Source: a virus (Duplodnaviria > Caudoviricetes). From it: a stretch of DNA of 64,000 nucleotides. Below, one piece after another: positions 37,087 through 47,901 of this stretch (positions are counted from its first letter, which is position 1; each line of letters starts with the position of its first letter). Below the pieces are notes generated by a model. The model searched no databases and was not told the DNA's origin. It saw nothing but the letters and a program-made list of their open reading frames with translations. The translations under genes were made by a program, and so were the position numbers. Location: IMG/VR virus record IMGVR_UViG_3300037424_000224, positions 1 through 64,000 of that record. The stretch is one strand, 5' to 3'.

Positions 37087-37924
37087 AATGTTTGAAGATG
37101 TTCAGGACATAGTTAAAAGCATACAATCTGATGTGGATAAAATACTTTCAGTTAATCTGGAATATTATGCCCAAGAAGATATAGATAATTTGCTTAGAGA
37201 AACTGTCCAAGAATATCTACTTTCTTACGCTCAGGAAGCTGCTCTACAATCAGTTGAGTACGCGTATCCACCCCTACTTGAGAGACTGTTAGAAAACTTG
37301 TCTAATCCAGAACATGTTGAAGTACAAAACGGTGTAGTGACTAAATGTTTTGATGAAACCGTTGCTGGCGATGCTAGTGACTTCTATGCCGGTGTAGAAG
37401 AAGGTGGTGGACACACTCTCACTGATATGGCTCCGAATATCTGGAAGTATGGAATCTATACTCCTAACTCGGCCTGGAAAGGTGGTAAGGGGCCTAGAGT
37501 ATTTAAGAATCTCCCTAGCTATGAGGATGTAATTGCTGAAAGGCTAGATGCTTGGGGGGATAAAGCCCCGTACTGGTATCTACTAGAAAATGGAAATGCT
37601 GGTGGCGGCAGAGAGTTTCCTACGATTAGACCTACTCACTTTATTACTAATCTCAGAAGGGCCGCTAGAAAACTTCAAACTATTGTAACTGATATTATAT
37701 ATGAATTGACGAGTAGCTTTGCAGATGCTCAAGTACAAAAGATTCTAATAGAACCCGGAGCTGGAACTACTGTAGCAGTTGCTAGAGTAAACATCCCAAG
37801 TATAGGATTAAGATTAACAAAATTAAAGACTTCTGCTGGCAATACATTCTATAATTTGAATGGAGAAAGGTCATTAACAGCCTCAGAAGCGATGTATCGA
37901 ATTAAAGGTTTAATGGGGGATTAG
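37073..37924 (+). CDS. Neck/tail-completion protein (HK97 gp10-like)
   Basis: APYWYLLENG..PTHFI motif; position. Confidence 0.55.
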   Translation: MGIFEMFEDVQDIVKSIQSDVDKILSVNLEYYAQEDIDNLLRETVQEYLLSYAQEAALQSVEYAYPPLLERLLENLSNPEHVEVQNGVVTKCFDETVAGDASDFYAGVEEGGGHTLTDMAPNIWKYGIYTPNSAWKGGKGPRVFKNLPSYEDVIAERLDAWGDKAPYWYLLENGNAGGGREFPTIRPTHFITNLRRAARKLQTIVTDIIYELTSSFADAQVQKILIEPGAGTTVAVARVNIPSIGLRLTKLKTSAGNTFYNLNGERSLTASEAMYRIKGLMGD

Positions 37925-38389
37925 ATGATCCCAAATGAAAGGTTACAAGATCAATCTATTTATTACTGGTTGAAGAGTATAGTACCCAGTGGAGTTAATA
38001 TTACTGACGCTTTTCCCACAAGTGTTAATAGTGCTGACCCTGATTTGGTACTTCCTACAGTATCTATAGATGCAGCCCGTACACAAAAAGGCCCACTAGA
38101 ACTGGGTAATTATGTACAAAAACAAGACCGATTTTGGTCGATAGATGTATTCGCTAAGAATAAGACTCAACGTGACGACTTAGCGTACTTAATATCAAAC
38201 GAGTTGGAAAAGAATATTCCTGTATTCGACTATAATGAAGGATTCCCACCAACATTTAGTCCAACACAACTCGGTGGATTAGACGTAACAAACATAAATT
38301 TACAACCTATTTATGTGTTTAGAGATTTGGTTAAGACCTTATACTGGCGTACAAAAATAACTTTTGTAACATTATATAGGTCATTTTAG
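37925..38389 (+). CDS. Tail terminator protein
   Basis: LPTVSID, WSIDVFAKNKTQRDDL. Confidence 0.7.
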   Translation: MIPNERLQDQSIYYWLKSIVPSGVNITDAFPTSVNSADPDLVLPTVSIDAARTQKGPLELGNYVQKQDRFWSIDVFAKNKTQRDDLAYLISNELEKNIPVFDYNEGFPPTFSPTQLGGLDVTNINLQPIYVFRDLVKTLYWRTKITFVTLYRSF

Positions 38390-38398
38390 GAGAAATTC

Positions 38399-38426
38399 AT
38401 GGCAAATAAACGGCTCGCAATTCCAT
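38399..38426 (+). CDS. Tail tube protein exon 1 (MANKRLAIP + T)
   Basis: AGGAGA RBS; in-frame TAG follows the U at 38426; joins in frame to 39266. Confidence 0.8.
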
Positions 38427-39265
38427 AGGTTAAAAGTGGCAATAAGATGAAAAACCTTTTTATAAAAACAAAGTCAACTAATGATCATTTCTTTGATGAT
38501 CTAACAGACGAAAAGGCACAATATGTACTAGGATTAATAGCATCAGATGGTAATCTAAGTCATAATCCCAAAAATAAAATATCTATAACATCTAAAGATA
38601 GAGAAATACTAGAAAAAGTTCAGAAAGTAATGCAGACAGATTATAAAGTAGGATTTGATGGACGCTGTGTTTATCAAATTCAAATATATTCAGACATACT
38701 TTATAATCGTTGCATAAGTTTAGGACTTCCAGAAAGAAAATCTTTAATTTTAGATTACCCAAATTGGGCAAATAGACATTTTATCCGGGGGGTATTTGAT
38801 GGAGATGGCTCAGTTTTTAAACAACATAATAGACCAACGATACTATGTGAGTTTACCTCATCTAGTATTAAGTTTATAAATGGTTTAGAAGAGCATTTAA
38901 CAAATCTGGGTTTGGAATACCACTACAGAAGGGACTACATGCCTCCTTCCGGTAATCCAAATTATAAAATCCTTATACATCGAAATTCAGATAAAATAAA
39001 GTTTTTTGATTTAATCTATAAAGATGCAACAATATGGTTAAATAGAAAACACGTTATCTTCCAGAAATGGTTATTGAAAACCTCGAATATCGGAGAAACT
39101 CTAGAAGTAGACAACTCCGAGGCACGTTAATTTAACGGAGCCGTAACGACTACCAAGAGGTCTCCTTTGGGAGAGTGGTATAGTCTGATCTGCACCTATA
39201 ACTAAAAGAAAGTGCAGAGTTGAGTAGAAATATCTCAACCTCGCGTAAGCGAAGTAACAAAAATG
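38427..39265 (+). mobile_element. Group I intron in the tail tube gene
   Basis: IGS GTGGCAAT (38436-43) pairs exon ATTCCAT; core ACCTC/GAGGT, AATATCGGAGAAAC, CGTAACGACTA, TATAGTCT; GTAACAAAAATG 3' end. Confidence 0.88.
38447..39130 (+). CDS. Intron-encoded LAGLIDADG homing endonuclease
   Basis: YVLGLIASDG and FIRGVFDGDG motifs. Confidence 0.9.
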   Translation: MKNLFIKTKSTNDHFFDDLTDEKAQYVLGLIASDGNLSHNPKNKISITSKDREILEKVQKVMQTDYKVGFDGRCVYQIQIYSDILYNRCISLGLPERKSLILDYPNWANRHFIRGVFDGDGSVFKQHNRPTILCEFTSSSIKFINGLEEHLTNLGLEYHYRRDYMPPSGNPNYKILIHRNSDKIKFFDLIYKDATIWLNRKHVIFQKWLLKTSNIGETLEVDNSEAR

Positions 39266-40440
39266 TTAAGGAAATGCAACTAAGAGTAGTCGGGCCTAAA
39301 GGTGAATTCCTAGCAAGTAGAATTCAGAAGTTAGACATTAATGCTAACATTCCTACAACAGACGTAGATGAGCTTGGCAATAACAAGCACGCCGGTTCTG
39401 TTGCGGGTACACCAGAAGTAACTGCTACATTTTCAGCGATGGATGTATCAGTTAAAATCTTCTCTGCTTTAACTGGTACAGATGCCGCAGCCTATCCAGC
39501 TGCTGGTGTAAGTATTAGTCAGTTAGGTGAGATTGATATTATTGGTCAAGTTAAAGATGATAAGCTCGTAGACTACATCAAGACTGTTCACGGTCGTAGA
39601 CTACAGGTTACTGGCTTTAACTATACTTATAATGTTACTGGTGAATCTACTGAGGAATATACAGTTCAAGGCTCTGATAAGAGATGGTTTAAGAATGACG
39701 TAACTGTAGATAAGTTCTCTACAGGAACTACTTCGTTCACGTTATCACAGACCCCAATTATACTTAAAAATGGTAATTATGCACTAAGTGTGATTCTTGA
39801 TGGTTCATATATAGATGAAGTAACTGGTGCACCTGCTACGGGTGAGTATCGAGTAGTCGGAACTACACTGACCACTGGCGACAGTATGACTTCGCAAGTA
39901 GTTGTGGTTTATCATACTAATCCAGCGGGTACAAATTGGGCTTATATTTCTGATAGTACAATTCCTGCTGCTATCCGCGGTAAGAACGTACCAGTTAGTA
40001 TTGGTCTAAATAGTATTAAAAGAGTTCAGTCAGTTACTCTAAGAGGAACTTTCCCCAATCAGAAGATTGAAGAAATGGGTAATACAGCCGTAGTTGGTTA
40101 TACGACTCAAGTACCTCAAGTAACTGGTGATTTGACTGTATTAGATACTGACCTAGAGTTAATTGCTCTACTTCAAACAGGTTCGATAAATCCTGCTGAT
40201 ACAGAATTCCCACTATGCGGTTATACGGTTAGCGGATTAAACTTAATTATCGAATTGCATGACCCAGCCACAGGATGTTCAGTTTCAGGTGCAGTATTAA
40301 AGACTCTTTATGTACCTCAAATTGTACTAACATCTGAAGGACATTCAACTAATGTTGGTAATAACGCACAACAGACATTTGGATTTAAGTCTGCATTAGG
40401 TGATTTAATTGTATACAGTGGTTATAAGTATCTAACGTAA
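39266..40440 (+). CDS. Tail tube (major tail) protein exon 2; spliced product about 400 aa
   Basis: Duplicated tube motifs RIQKLD..DELGN and RVQSVT..EEMGN; upstream of chaperone and TMP. Confidence 0.82.
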
Positions 40441-40480
40441 TAGCCCTAACATAATTGAATAGCAGTACAAGGGTTTGACT

Positions 40481-40525
40481 AAAGGGGCGATTTCTATCAT
40501 GCAAATGAAGGTCGCCCCTTTTTTA
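40481..40525 (+). terminator. Intrinsic terminator
   Basis: AAGGGGCGA/TCGCCCCTT followed by a T run. Confidence 0.8.
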
Positions 40526-40546
40526 TTTATATAGGAGAGGATAGGA

Positions 40547-41278
40547 ATGAGTAAACAAGATCAACTTACTAAGCTGTTTTCGTGGAGTGCAGAACTTACA
40601 ATTAAAGATCAAAATAACGAAGAAGTTATGAAAGTCTACCAGAGAGTTGTAGGAGACTATGACCTTCAAACAGCGCGTAAAGCCGCGCTTAGATATACTA
40701 ATCAACTTAGATGTAAAGTCTCGGACGAAAAAAGTGATGATTACCAAGTATATGTAGCTCCAGTATTGGTTTTATCTAGGGAGGAACAAGAAACTTTAGC
40801 TTTATATGACTCTATTTTGGAAGTACAAAAAGAAGCAGAAAAGCTCACCAAGATTCCTGAACCTAAAGAACCAGAAGGAGATGCCCCAACAGTTGAGTAT
40901 GAGAAGTACGTAGAACTGGATGATAGTTATGAAGATAGGTATATGAAACTACTTAATGAGAATACTCAAAAGTTACTAAATAAAAAGAAAGAAGAACTAA
41001 AGGCACTCAGTGAACAAGAATTAAAAGATATAGCTATTCAAACTAGAATAGAAGGTCTGTGTGAAAATGAACTAAAGTCTAAGTTCTTTGAATACTGTGT
41101 TTATTTAGGTACCTACGAAGATAAAGCCTTTAAGACTAGACTTTATTATAATTTTGATGATTTTGGTAATATACCCGAATTTTTAAAGATGCAGCTAATG
41201 AAAGGTTATGCTGACTTGGAGATGACGGCTATAAGTTTAAAAGAATCCCGAAGAACGGAACCTTCCGTGCAAGTGTAA
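40547..41278 (+). CDS. Tail assembly chaperone (gpG-like)
   Basis: Between tube and TMP; slippery site near the end. Confidence 0.75.
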   Translation: MSKQDQLTKLFSWSAELTIKDQNNEEVMKVYQRVVGDYDLQTARKAALRYTNQLRCKVSDEKSDDYQVYVAPVLVLSREEQETLALYDSILEVQKEAEKLTKIPEPKEPEGDAPTVEYEKYVELDDSYEDRYMKLLNENTQKLLNKKKEELKALSEQELKDIAIQTRIEGLCENELKSKFFEYCVYLGTYEDKAFKTRLYYNFDDFGNIPEFLKMQLMKGYADLEMTAISLKESRRTEPSVQV

Positions 41279-41523
41279 GTTTATCTGAAAAGTCTGGTAG
41301 ACCCTTAGATAGAAGTTTACTATATGTAAGAGATTTTCCCTATACTATTAGTTACTGTATAAAGAAATCTTATCAGATTGAAAGTTTCTTTGAACTTCCA
41401 AAGGATAAACGACCACCAGAGGATATTTGGGATGATGCAGAAGAACTAGAAATCTGGCTAGATAATATGTACAGTAATGAACCTAACTCGTTAGAAATAG
41501 ATATTAACGACATTGAGGGATGA
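41236..41523 (+). CDS. -1 frameshift extension (gpGT-like) from slippery site T TTA AAA at 41236-41242
   Basis: The -1 frame is open for 93 codons (RIPKNG..ELPKDKRPPEDIWDD..) and its stop overlaps the TMP ATG. Confidence 0.8.
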   Translation, partial: FKRIPKNGTFRASVSLSEKSGRPLDRSLLYVRDFPYTISYCIKKSYQIESFFELPKDKRPPEDIWDDAEELEIWLDNMYSNEPNSLEIDINDIEG

Positions 41524-44500
41524 TGGCACGAACTAAAGAAGAATTACAAGGATTAATTACAGTCCTTAAAGAATTAAACATAGCAGTTGGTGGTAATTTA
41601 GAGACTAATATAGAAAAAGCCAATGCAGCCATAGGCAAAATTGGTTCTGGAAAAACGTCTGGTTACGAGGACATAATACAGGCTTTTAAGAGTATTAAAA
41701 CAGAGATTAAAGGTCTTGAGAATGTCAACCCGGAAGGAATTCATAGAGTTAATACTGCTCTAGCTGAGACTCTTAGATTAACTGGTGAACTAGAGCGAGC
41801 TAAAAAAGCTGCTTCAAATTTAACTGCCGCAGAAGGTAGACAGTTAAATGCCTTACAAAATCCAGCAACTCCAGCCGCAGTATCCCAAAGATTAGCAAAT
41901 GAAGCAAGAATCAGTGAGGAACGTAATCGTTGGTTTAATCCTGAATCTACTTCTGATGGTCTAGCTCCCGCTAAATTAGTTAGAGGCGCTAGAACTGAGA
42001 TGGAATCTAACCTTGCCAATAGACCAGAAGCCCTAGCTGCAGTCGAAGCTACCAAAGCTTCAAAAACTAAGGCCGAATCTGATATTAAAGTGTCAGCACA
42101 ACTAAATGAACTTTCTACTGCTATTCAGCAGGATAAAGCAGCTTCTATTAGGTCTGCTGAAACTAAAGATAAAGCGACTTTAAATGCTACTCAACAAGGT
42201 CTACTACAAGCAGAAATTACTAAACGGCAAGGTGAAATAGCGGCTCAAAAAGCTTCTGATGCTAAGTTACGTTCCGAAGGGGAGATGTACTATAATAATC
42301 CCCAAACTGCCGGAGTAGGAATTAATAGACCAGAATCTATTTATGGACAGGCAGGACAGGCCGCTTCTGCTACTGAGAAAGGTAATGATTTAGCTCGTAA
42401 AGCTGAAATATCTGCCAAAGAAACAGTTGCAGATTTAGAGCAACAAAAACTTCTACAACAAGAAATAAATAAAATTCTTGAACGTAGGGCAGATGAGAAG
42501 CAACAACCTCTACTAGAATCTGAGATTGCTAAACGTCAAGCACAATTAAATCCTGTCAAACCAGTAGATACTCCTCTTGATCCACAAGCAGCAGCTTTAA
42601 AGGCTTTTGGTGATAACCAGAGCAAACTAGACTCGTTTAATGAAAAAATAGGTAAAATGGGATTCGGCCTTGAAAATATGACTAGAATCTCTAAAGATGC
42701 CGCAACTGGTATTACTACTATGTCAGGCAGTATTAAAAATGCTCAGGGTGTAACTGAAGAATTAACCGTGCATGTTGACCGTTTTGGCAATGTAGTACAA
42801 AGTAGCTCTAATAACTTTAAATCCTTCGGGGACGTTCTAGCTAATAACGTCAAGAAAATGCTTGAATGGGTTATTGCCGGTGGATTAATCTTTGGAGCTT
42901 TAAGTAAGTTAAAAGAAGTTTTTGGTAATATGAAAGAACTTCAAAATCTACTTAATGATATTACAATTACTACTGGACAAACTGGTGAAGCTTTAAGAAG
43001 TACGTTTGATTCAGTAGTTGGAATTGCAGATATTGTTGGTGTCAGTGCTATTGAAAGCTTAAAGGCTATGAATTATGCCTTAAAGATTACCGGGGATAGC
43101 GCCAGCTCAGTTGAAAGAACTGCTAGAGCAACTCAATTATTAACTGCCTCACTTACTCTGGCTAAACTAGGTGCTATACCAGTTACCGAGGCTATGGATA
43201 CTTTAGTAGCAGCTTTGGAACAGTCTGGTAAAGGTTTTGATTATGCAAATAAGTTACTAGATAGCTTTCAGGCAGTATCTAAGATTTCAGGTGGTTCTAT
43301 TGACGATTTAGCTACAACCTTCGGTATTGCCGCAGGTTCGGCCATTGATGTTGGATTGGAAGTAGACCAGTTAAATGGCGTTATTGGCGCTTTCGCGGCA
43401 GCTACTACTAAGAGTGCTGAAGAAACTGGTAATGCTCTAAAGGTTATGTTTTCCAACTATCAAACAGATAGTGCTGAAAAATCACTATCTAAATATGGTA
43501 TTGCAGTAAGAGATTTTACTACCGGTGCGGCTAAACCATTCATGGATGTCATGAATGAAATCTACGCCAAGAAAGAGGCAGGATTAATCTCACCAGCAGG
43601 AATGTCCGAAATCACTAATGCAATTGGTGGTGGGCCACGTAGAGCTCCTGATGTTACTGCCTTAGTTAATGTCATGGGTAAAGTACCTGCCATTGAAGAA
43701 ATTTCTAAATTAGCAAAAGGTGATGCTGTCGCAGCTTTAGCCATTAAACAAAAAACATTAGAAACTGCTACAGAACAATTAAATAACGCTTTTCTAAAGT
43801 TGTCAAACACTTTAGGAGATAGTGGTGGATTCGTTGAACTAATGACTACAGGAGTTAAGTTTGCAACTGCTTTTGCAGAAGCTATTAACGATATTACCAA
43901 GATGTTGGGGCCAATGACATCAGCACTTGCTGGATTGGCTGCATTGGGAATTGGTAATAAATTATTTGGTAATCAGGCTAGAGAAATGCTAGGTGGATTG
44001 TCCAGATCGCTTGGGGCACAAACTCCTGAAAGTTTAGGATCAAAAGTTTCTGCTGCTGGTGGAATTGTACCGGAAATGGTACAATCTGGTAAAGGTGCTT
44101 CTGATGGTTTTGTGTCTGGAGTTAAAGGTTTCTTCTCTAATGGATTTGGAGCCGCAATTACACCTGTAATAGGCTTATCTCTAATGGAAGCTATGCAGGG
44201 CAATTATGCACAAGCAGGAGCTTCAGCCATTGCTGGTGGTATAATGGCGGGATTAACTAAGTCCTCTGGATGGGCTTCAATAGCTGCTATACTAGCCTCT
44301 GTAATAGTTTCAGAAGTGCAGTCTTTAATTGATATGGTTAATAAAGGAAGTGAAGCTAGTACGGCTGGAATTCAAACTTATGAGGAGTACAAAAAGAAAA
44401 ATCCAAATGCTACTGCCGACGAGTGGCAACAAACCATGCGTCAAAGAACACAGGATATAGTTGGAGATTCTACGAGATTCGGTACTAAACAAGATCAAAT

Positions 44501-46505
44501 ATTATCTGGCTTGGACAATCTACAAAGATATGATCTAGCCGTTAAACAAAAAGAATATCTACAAAAGAATGGTTATGGAGAAGACCTGGATAAAATGGTC
44601 TCTCAGGGGAAGAGTGGAGATTTACTTGGGTATAATGAATCTCTAGGGAAACTTACTAAAGTAATTAATGAAGCGGGACTAGGCGTAGGAAGTCAACCAG
44701 AGTCTCAAAATTATTTAACTAGATACTTAGTTCCTCAAATGATAATTACTGCTAAGAACTTTGGTGATATTAGTACAGTTGCTAAAGGCTTGGAAGCTGG
44801 TTTTTCGGACTTAAACAAAGTAGTAGAACAATCTACTGATACCCAAAATAATAAGTTATCTAGTCAGGTCGCTTTTAATAGTGCTTTTGAAGGTGAAGGT
44901 ACATTCAAGCAGAATCAATTAAAAACTAATTTAATGATGCAGTATGGTCAACCAGGAAGTAATGTAAATACATCAGCTAAGTTTAATCAAATTATCGGAC
45001 AGGGAGAAACTGCTAAAACAACTGTTCCACAGATTCTATCTGCCTTACACCCAGATGTTAAAGACATAGAAAACGCCAAAGAATATTCAGATAAATACAA
45101 TGAATTATTTAATATCATGTCTAGAGCACCAGAAGATAGATCTTCTGAAATTGTAAATTTAGCTAATGCCTATAATGATATTAATATTGCCATTAAAGAA
45201 GGTAAAGTAGCGGAGAAAGATTTATCAGCGGAAAGAGAAAAATTAGGTATTTATAAACAGCAATTAGAAATAAACTTACAACTAGCTGCTGTAGAATCCG
45301 CCAAGTCACAAGTAGTTTATCCAGGCTTTACTGACTATAAAGATTTAACTAAACAGCAAGTTTTAGCAGGTGCCAAGTCCGCCGAAAGGTTACAGGATTA
45401 TACCGTTAAAGAAATGGGTATAGACCCAGATTTATTTAAACAAAGCTTAGATGACATTTATGTAATGACTAAGGATGGTCTAATTAAAGTTAAAGGTCTA
45501 AGTAAAGACTTCTTTTCCCCGGCTATTGATGGTATTAAAGATATGAAAAAGAGTCTAGAAGATGCTTTTAACTTCCAGAATCTAAGACAATATCCACAAG
45601 AAATGGCCGGTAGAATTCAAAAGGCCATGAACTATTATCAGAACTTATTAAAGCAATATGGACTAAATGAGAAGATTGAAAAGATGACTTTCTTATTTAA
45701 GGATAATCAGGTATCACAGCTAGTCGGCTCGCAAACAGCACTTCAACTAGCATTACAAGATTTAACTGAAGTAGAAAAGAAACAATTAGATGGTGTTTAT
45801 AACCTACCTTCTGGAGCTACGGCTTATATACCATTACAATCTGGACAAGCATTGGCTAATAATACTGCTAATAATGTTGGTGCAGCTCCTTTTGATTATG
45901 GTGATTTAAAAACTCCTGCACTAACTCCATTAGTTAATCCATTAGACCAAATAGTAATGAACACCGGTCAAATAGCAGCAAATACAAATACTTTTTCAAG
46001 TTCAAATGATCCTAGAGCTAATACAGGAAAAGGGCCGCTTGCACCGGAGAAGAAACCTCTCTGGGAAGGCTACGGAGAGAAAAAGATTGGCCCATTTGAA
46101 GGTACAGATAAAGGTACAGAGGCACCATGGAAACCAACATCTGAGGCAGATTTAATACGAGAAAGCATTATAAATGGAACTCCGTATAAAAACGATAAAC
46201 CATTCGGCGGTGCATTTGAACCACTTACTAAGCCAATTAATGACCTAATGAAGCTATTTGGACTTAATAAAGGTACAGCAGGAACTGATGCTTCTATGGG
46301 CGGAGGAAAGGCCCTAGCTTCTCCTGCTAAGATAGATATTACTGTTAAGCCTGAAAAAGTTACTAATGATCTAAATGCTCACCTAGTCATACAATTAGAT
46401 GGAAGAGTCGTAGCTAATGTAATTAAGAAATACATTTTTGAAGACTATCAGAGACTAACTGCATCGGTTGGAAAAGATAGTAGAAGTAGGCCGGGAGTAT
46501 TATAA
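41520..46505 (+). CDS. Tape measure protein
   Basis: 1661 aa, Ala/Gly-rich helical, TP901-like core (ETGNALK). Confidence 0.92.
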   Translation: MMARTKEELQGLITVLKELNIAVGGNLETNIEKANAAIGKIGSGKTSGYEDIIQAFKSIKTEIKGLENVNPEGIHRVNTALAETLRLTGELERAKKAASNLTAAEGRQLNALQNPATPAAVSQRLANEARISEERNRWFNPESTSDGLAPAKLVRGARTEMESNLANRPEALAAVEATKASKTKAESDIKVSAQLNELSTAIQQDKAASIRSAETKDKATLNATQQGLLQAEITKRQGEIAAQKASDAKLRSEGEMYYNNPQTAGVGINRPESIYGQAGQAASATEKGNDLARKAEISAKETVADLEQQKLLQQEINKILERRADEKQQPLLESEIAKRQAQLNPVKPVDTPLDPQAAALKAFGDNQSKLDSFNEKIGKMGFGLENMTRISKDAATGITTMSGSIKNAQGVTEELTVHVDRFGNVVQSSSNNFKSFGDVLANNVKKMLEWVIAGGLIFGALSKLKEVFGNMKELQNLLNDITITTGQTGEALRSTFDSVVGIADIVGVSAIESLKAMNYALKITGDSASSVERTARATQLLTASLTLAKLGAIPVTEAMDTLVAALEQSGKGFDYANKLLDSFQAVSKISGGSIDDLATTFGIAAGSAIDVGLEVDQLNGVIGAFAAATTKSAEETGNALKVMFSNYQTDSAEKSLSKYGIAVRDFTTGAAKPFMDVMNEIYAKKEAGLISPAGMSEITNAIGGGPRRAPDVTALVNVMGKVPAIEEISKLAKGDAVAALAIKQKTLETATEQLNNAFLKLSNTLGDSGGFVELMTTGVKFATAFAEAINDITKMLGPMTSALAGLAALGIGNKLFGNQAREMLGGLSRSLGAQTPESLGSKVSAAGGIVPEMVQSGKGASDGFVSGVKGFFSNGFGAAITPVIGLSLMEAMQGNYAQAGASAIAGGIMAGLTKSSGWASIAAILASVIVSEVQSLIDMVNKGSEASTAGIQTYEEYKKKNPNATADEWQQTMRQRTQDIVGDSTRFGTKQDQILSGLDNLQRYDLAVKQKEYLQKNGYGEDLDKMVSQGKSGDLLGYNESLGKLTKVINEAGLGVGSQPESQNYLTRYLVPQMIITAKNFGDISTVAKGLEAGFSDLNKVVEQSTDTQNNKLSSQVAFNSAFEGEGTFKQNQLKTNLMMQYGQPGSNVNTSAKFNQIIGQGETAKTTVPQILSALHPDVKDIENAKEYSDKYNELFNIMSRAPEDRSSEIVNLANAYNDINIAIKEGKVAEKDLSAEREKLGIYKQQLEINLQLAAVESAKSQVVYPGFTDYKDLTKQQVLAGAKSAERLQDYTVKEMGIDPDLFKQSLDDIYVMTKDGLIKVKGLSKDFFSPAIDGIKDMKKSLEDAFNFQNLRQYPQEMAGRIQKAMNYYQNLLKQYGLNEKIEKMTFLFKDNQVSQLVGSQTALQLALQDLTEVEKKQLDGVYNLPSGATAYIPLQSGQALANNTANNVGAAPFDYGDLKTPALTPLVNPLDQIVMNTGQIAANTNTFSSSNDPRANTGKGPLAPEKKPLWEGYGEKKIGPFEGTDKGTEAPWKPTSEADLIRESIINGTPYKNDKPFGGAFEPLTKPINDLMKLFGLNKGTAGTDASMGGGKALASPAKIDITVKPEKVTNDLNAHLVIQLDGRVVANVIKKYIFEDYQRLTASVGKDSRSRPGVL

Positions 46506-46873
46506 TGACACCAATTTGGAAATTAGGAACAGTATCAATTATTGTATCTGGTGAAGATGATAAGCCAGATACAAAGTTATCAGAGCACGTTGTGCTAGAT
46601 GGCGTAGAATCTATCATACATAATTTTGGGTATGGTAGTGGCATTAGAACATTGTCAGCCTATATTTTGGGTAATACTGGTGAATATGAATCTTTAGTAA
46701 ATTATTACCATACTCAAGACATAATACGCTTAGTAACTGACCAAGGAAACGATATTTGGTGTACTATATGGTCTATATCCAGAAAACGACTCTTAGATAC
46801 AAGACGTACATTACCCTCTTACCAACTTTCTATAGAATTAAAGAAAGCTACTCCTGAGATTGGTACACCATGA
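46505..46873 (+). CDS. Distal tail/Dit-like protein
   Basis: Directly after the TMP; small beta protein. Confidence 0.55.
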   Translation: MTPIWKLGTVSIIVSGEDDKPDTKLSEHVVLDGVESIIHNFGYGSGIRTLSAYILGNTGEYESLVNYYHTQDIIRLVTDQGNDIWCTIWSISRKRLLDTRRTLPSYQLSIELKKATPEIGTP

Positions 46874-47901
46874 CAACAGTCAGAAAGCTTTACGCCAGTG
46901 TAACTAGTTGTTCTGGTATTAATAGTATTAGTATCAATACGAGCTACAGCAACTCTTCTGGAGTTGCTGTAGTTAACTGTGATGTTTGTGCTCTTAGTTT
47001 AAATAACTTAGTAACTATAGATTTAGGCTATGAGGACGAACATGCTGTAATATTTTCTGGGCGGGTAAAGGATATTAATCGAAGCCGCTCCGACATGAAT
47101 ATTACTCTAACTATTAAAGATAAACTCGTAGATGCCTCTGATTATTTTCTGGTTGCTGATAATCCAGAAGAACCGTGGTCTAGACAAAATATGAAAGCAG
47201 AAGACCTAGTTGGAGATTTATTAGGAGAGGCTGGAATAACCAATTATGTCGGAGATGTTCCACTTGAGTTCATCTACGGAGTTTCAGTACCAGCAACCTT
47301 TAATCTAATGTCTGTCATGGACGCCTGTACACAGATTTCATCTATCTTAGCGTGGCATATATTTTGTGAATCCGATGTAGTCTATTTTATGGATATTAAA
47401 CCATATTATAGGTCAGCAGCAGATAAGTTATTAGAGTACGGATATTCTGCTCCGGCAGATGTAATTAGTCATAGATTTTGTAATGATACTACAATATCTG
47501 GCTATGACGTAAAAGCAACCATAAAATCATTAGAACACCAAGCTTCAGACGAGAACATTAGAAACAAGGTCACAGTTTATGGCAGAGAAAATTTGCACGT
47601 AAGTGCTTCTTCTCCAAGTCCATATTTACCCGATGGATTTTATAAAACGGCAGTAATTGCCTCACCTTTAATTGATTCTACTGAAATGGCCGAATCAGCA
47701 GCCAGATTTAATCTGGGTTTATATAATAGATTAACTGAATCCTGTCAACTAGATGTATTAGGTGACCCAAGTATCAGAGCTAGACAGTTTTGTGAAGTAT
47801 CAGACACTATAACTAGTACTTCTGGATACTGGTTTATAAACGCCTGTACTCATACTATAGGCGCAGATGGGTATACAGTAAAAATGGTATTAACTAAATG
47901 A
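46870..47901 (+). CDS. Tail hub protein
   Basis: IFSGRV, NKVTVYG, LGDPSI..VS hub-family pattern. Confidence 0.65.
   Translation: MTTVRKLYASVTSCSGINSISINTSYSNSSGVAVVNCDVCALSLNNLVTIDLGYEDEHAVIFSGRVKDINRSRSDMNITLTIKDKLVDASDYFLVADNPEEPWSRQNMKAEDLVGDLLGEAGITNYVGDVPLEFIYGVSVPATFNLMSVMDACTQISSILAWHIFCESDVVYFMDIKPYYRSAADKLLEYGYSAPADVISHRFCNDTTISGYDVKATIKSLEHQASDENIRNKVTVYGRENLHVSASSPSPYLPDGFYKTAVIASPLIDSTEMAESAARFNLGLYNRLTESCQLDVLGDPSIRARQFCEVSDTITSTSGYWFINACTHTIGADGYTVKMVLTK

Noticed and set aside
39220-39265. Track start of the tail tube ORF (MSRNIS...)
   Set aside because: This is intron P9 sequence; the real N-terminus is exon 1 at 38399
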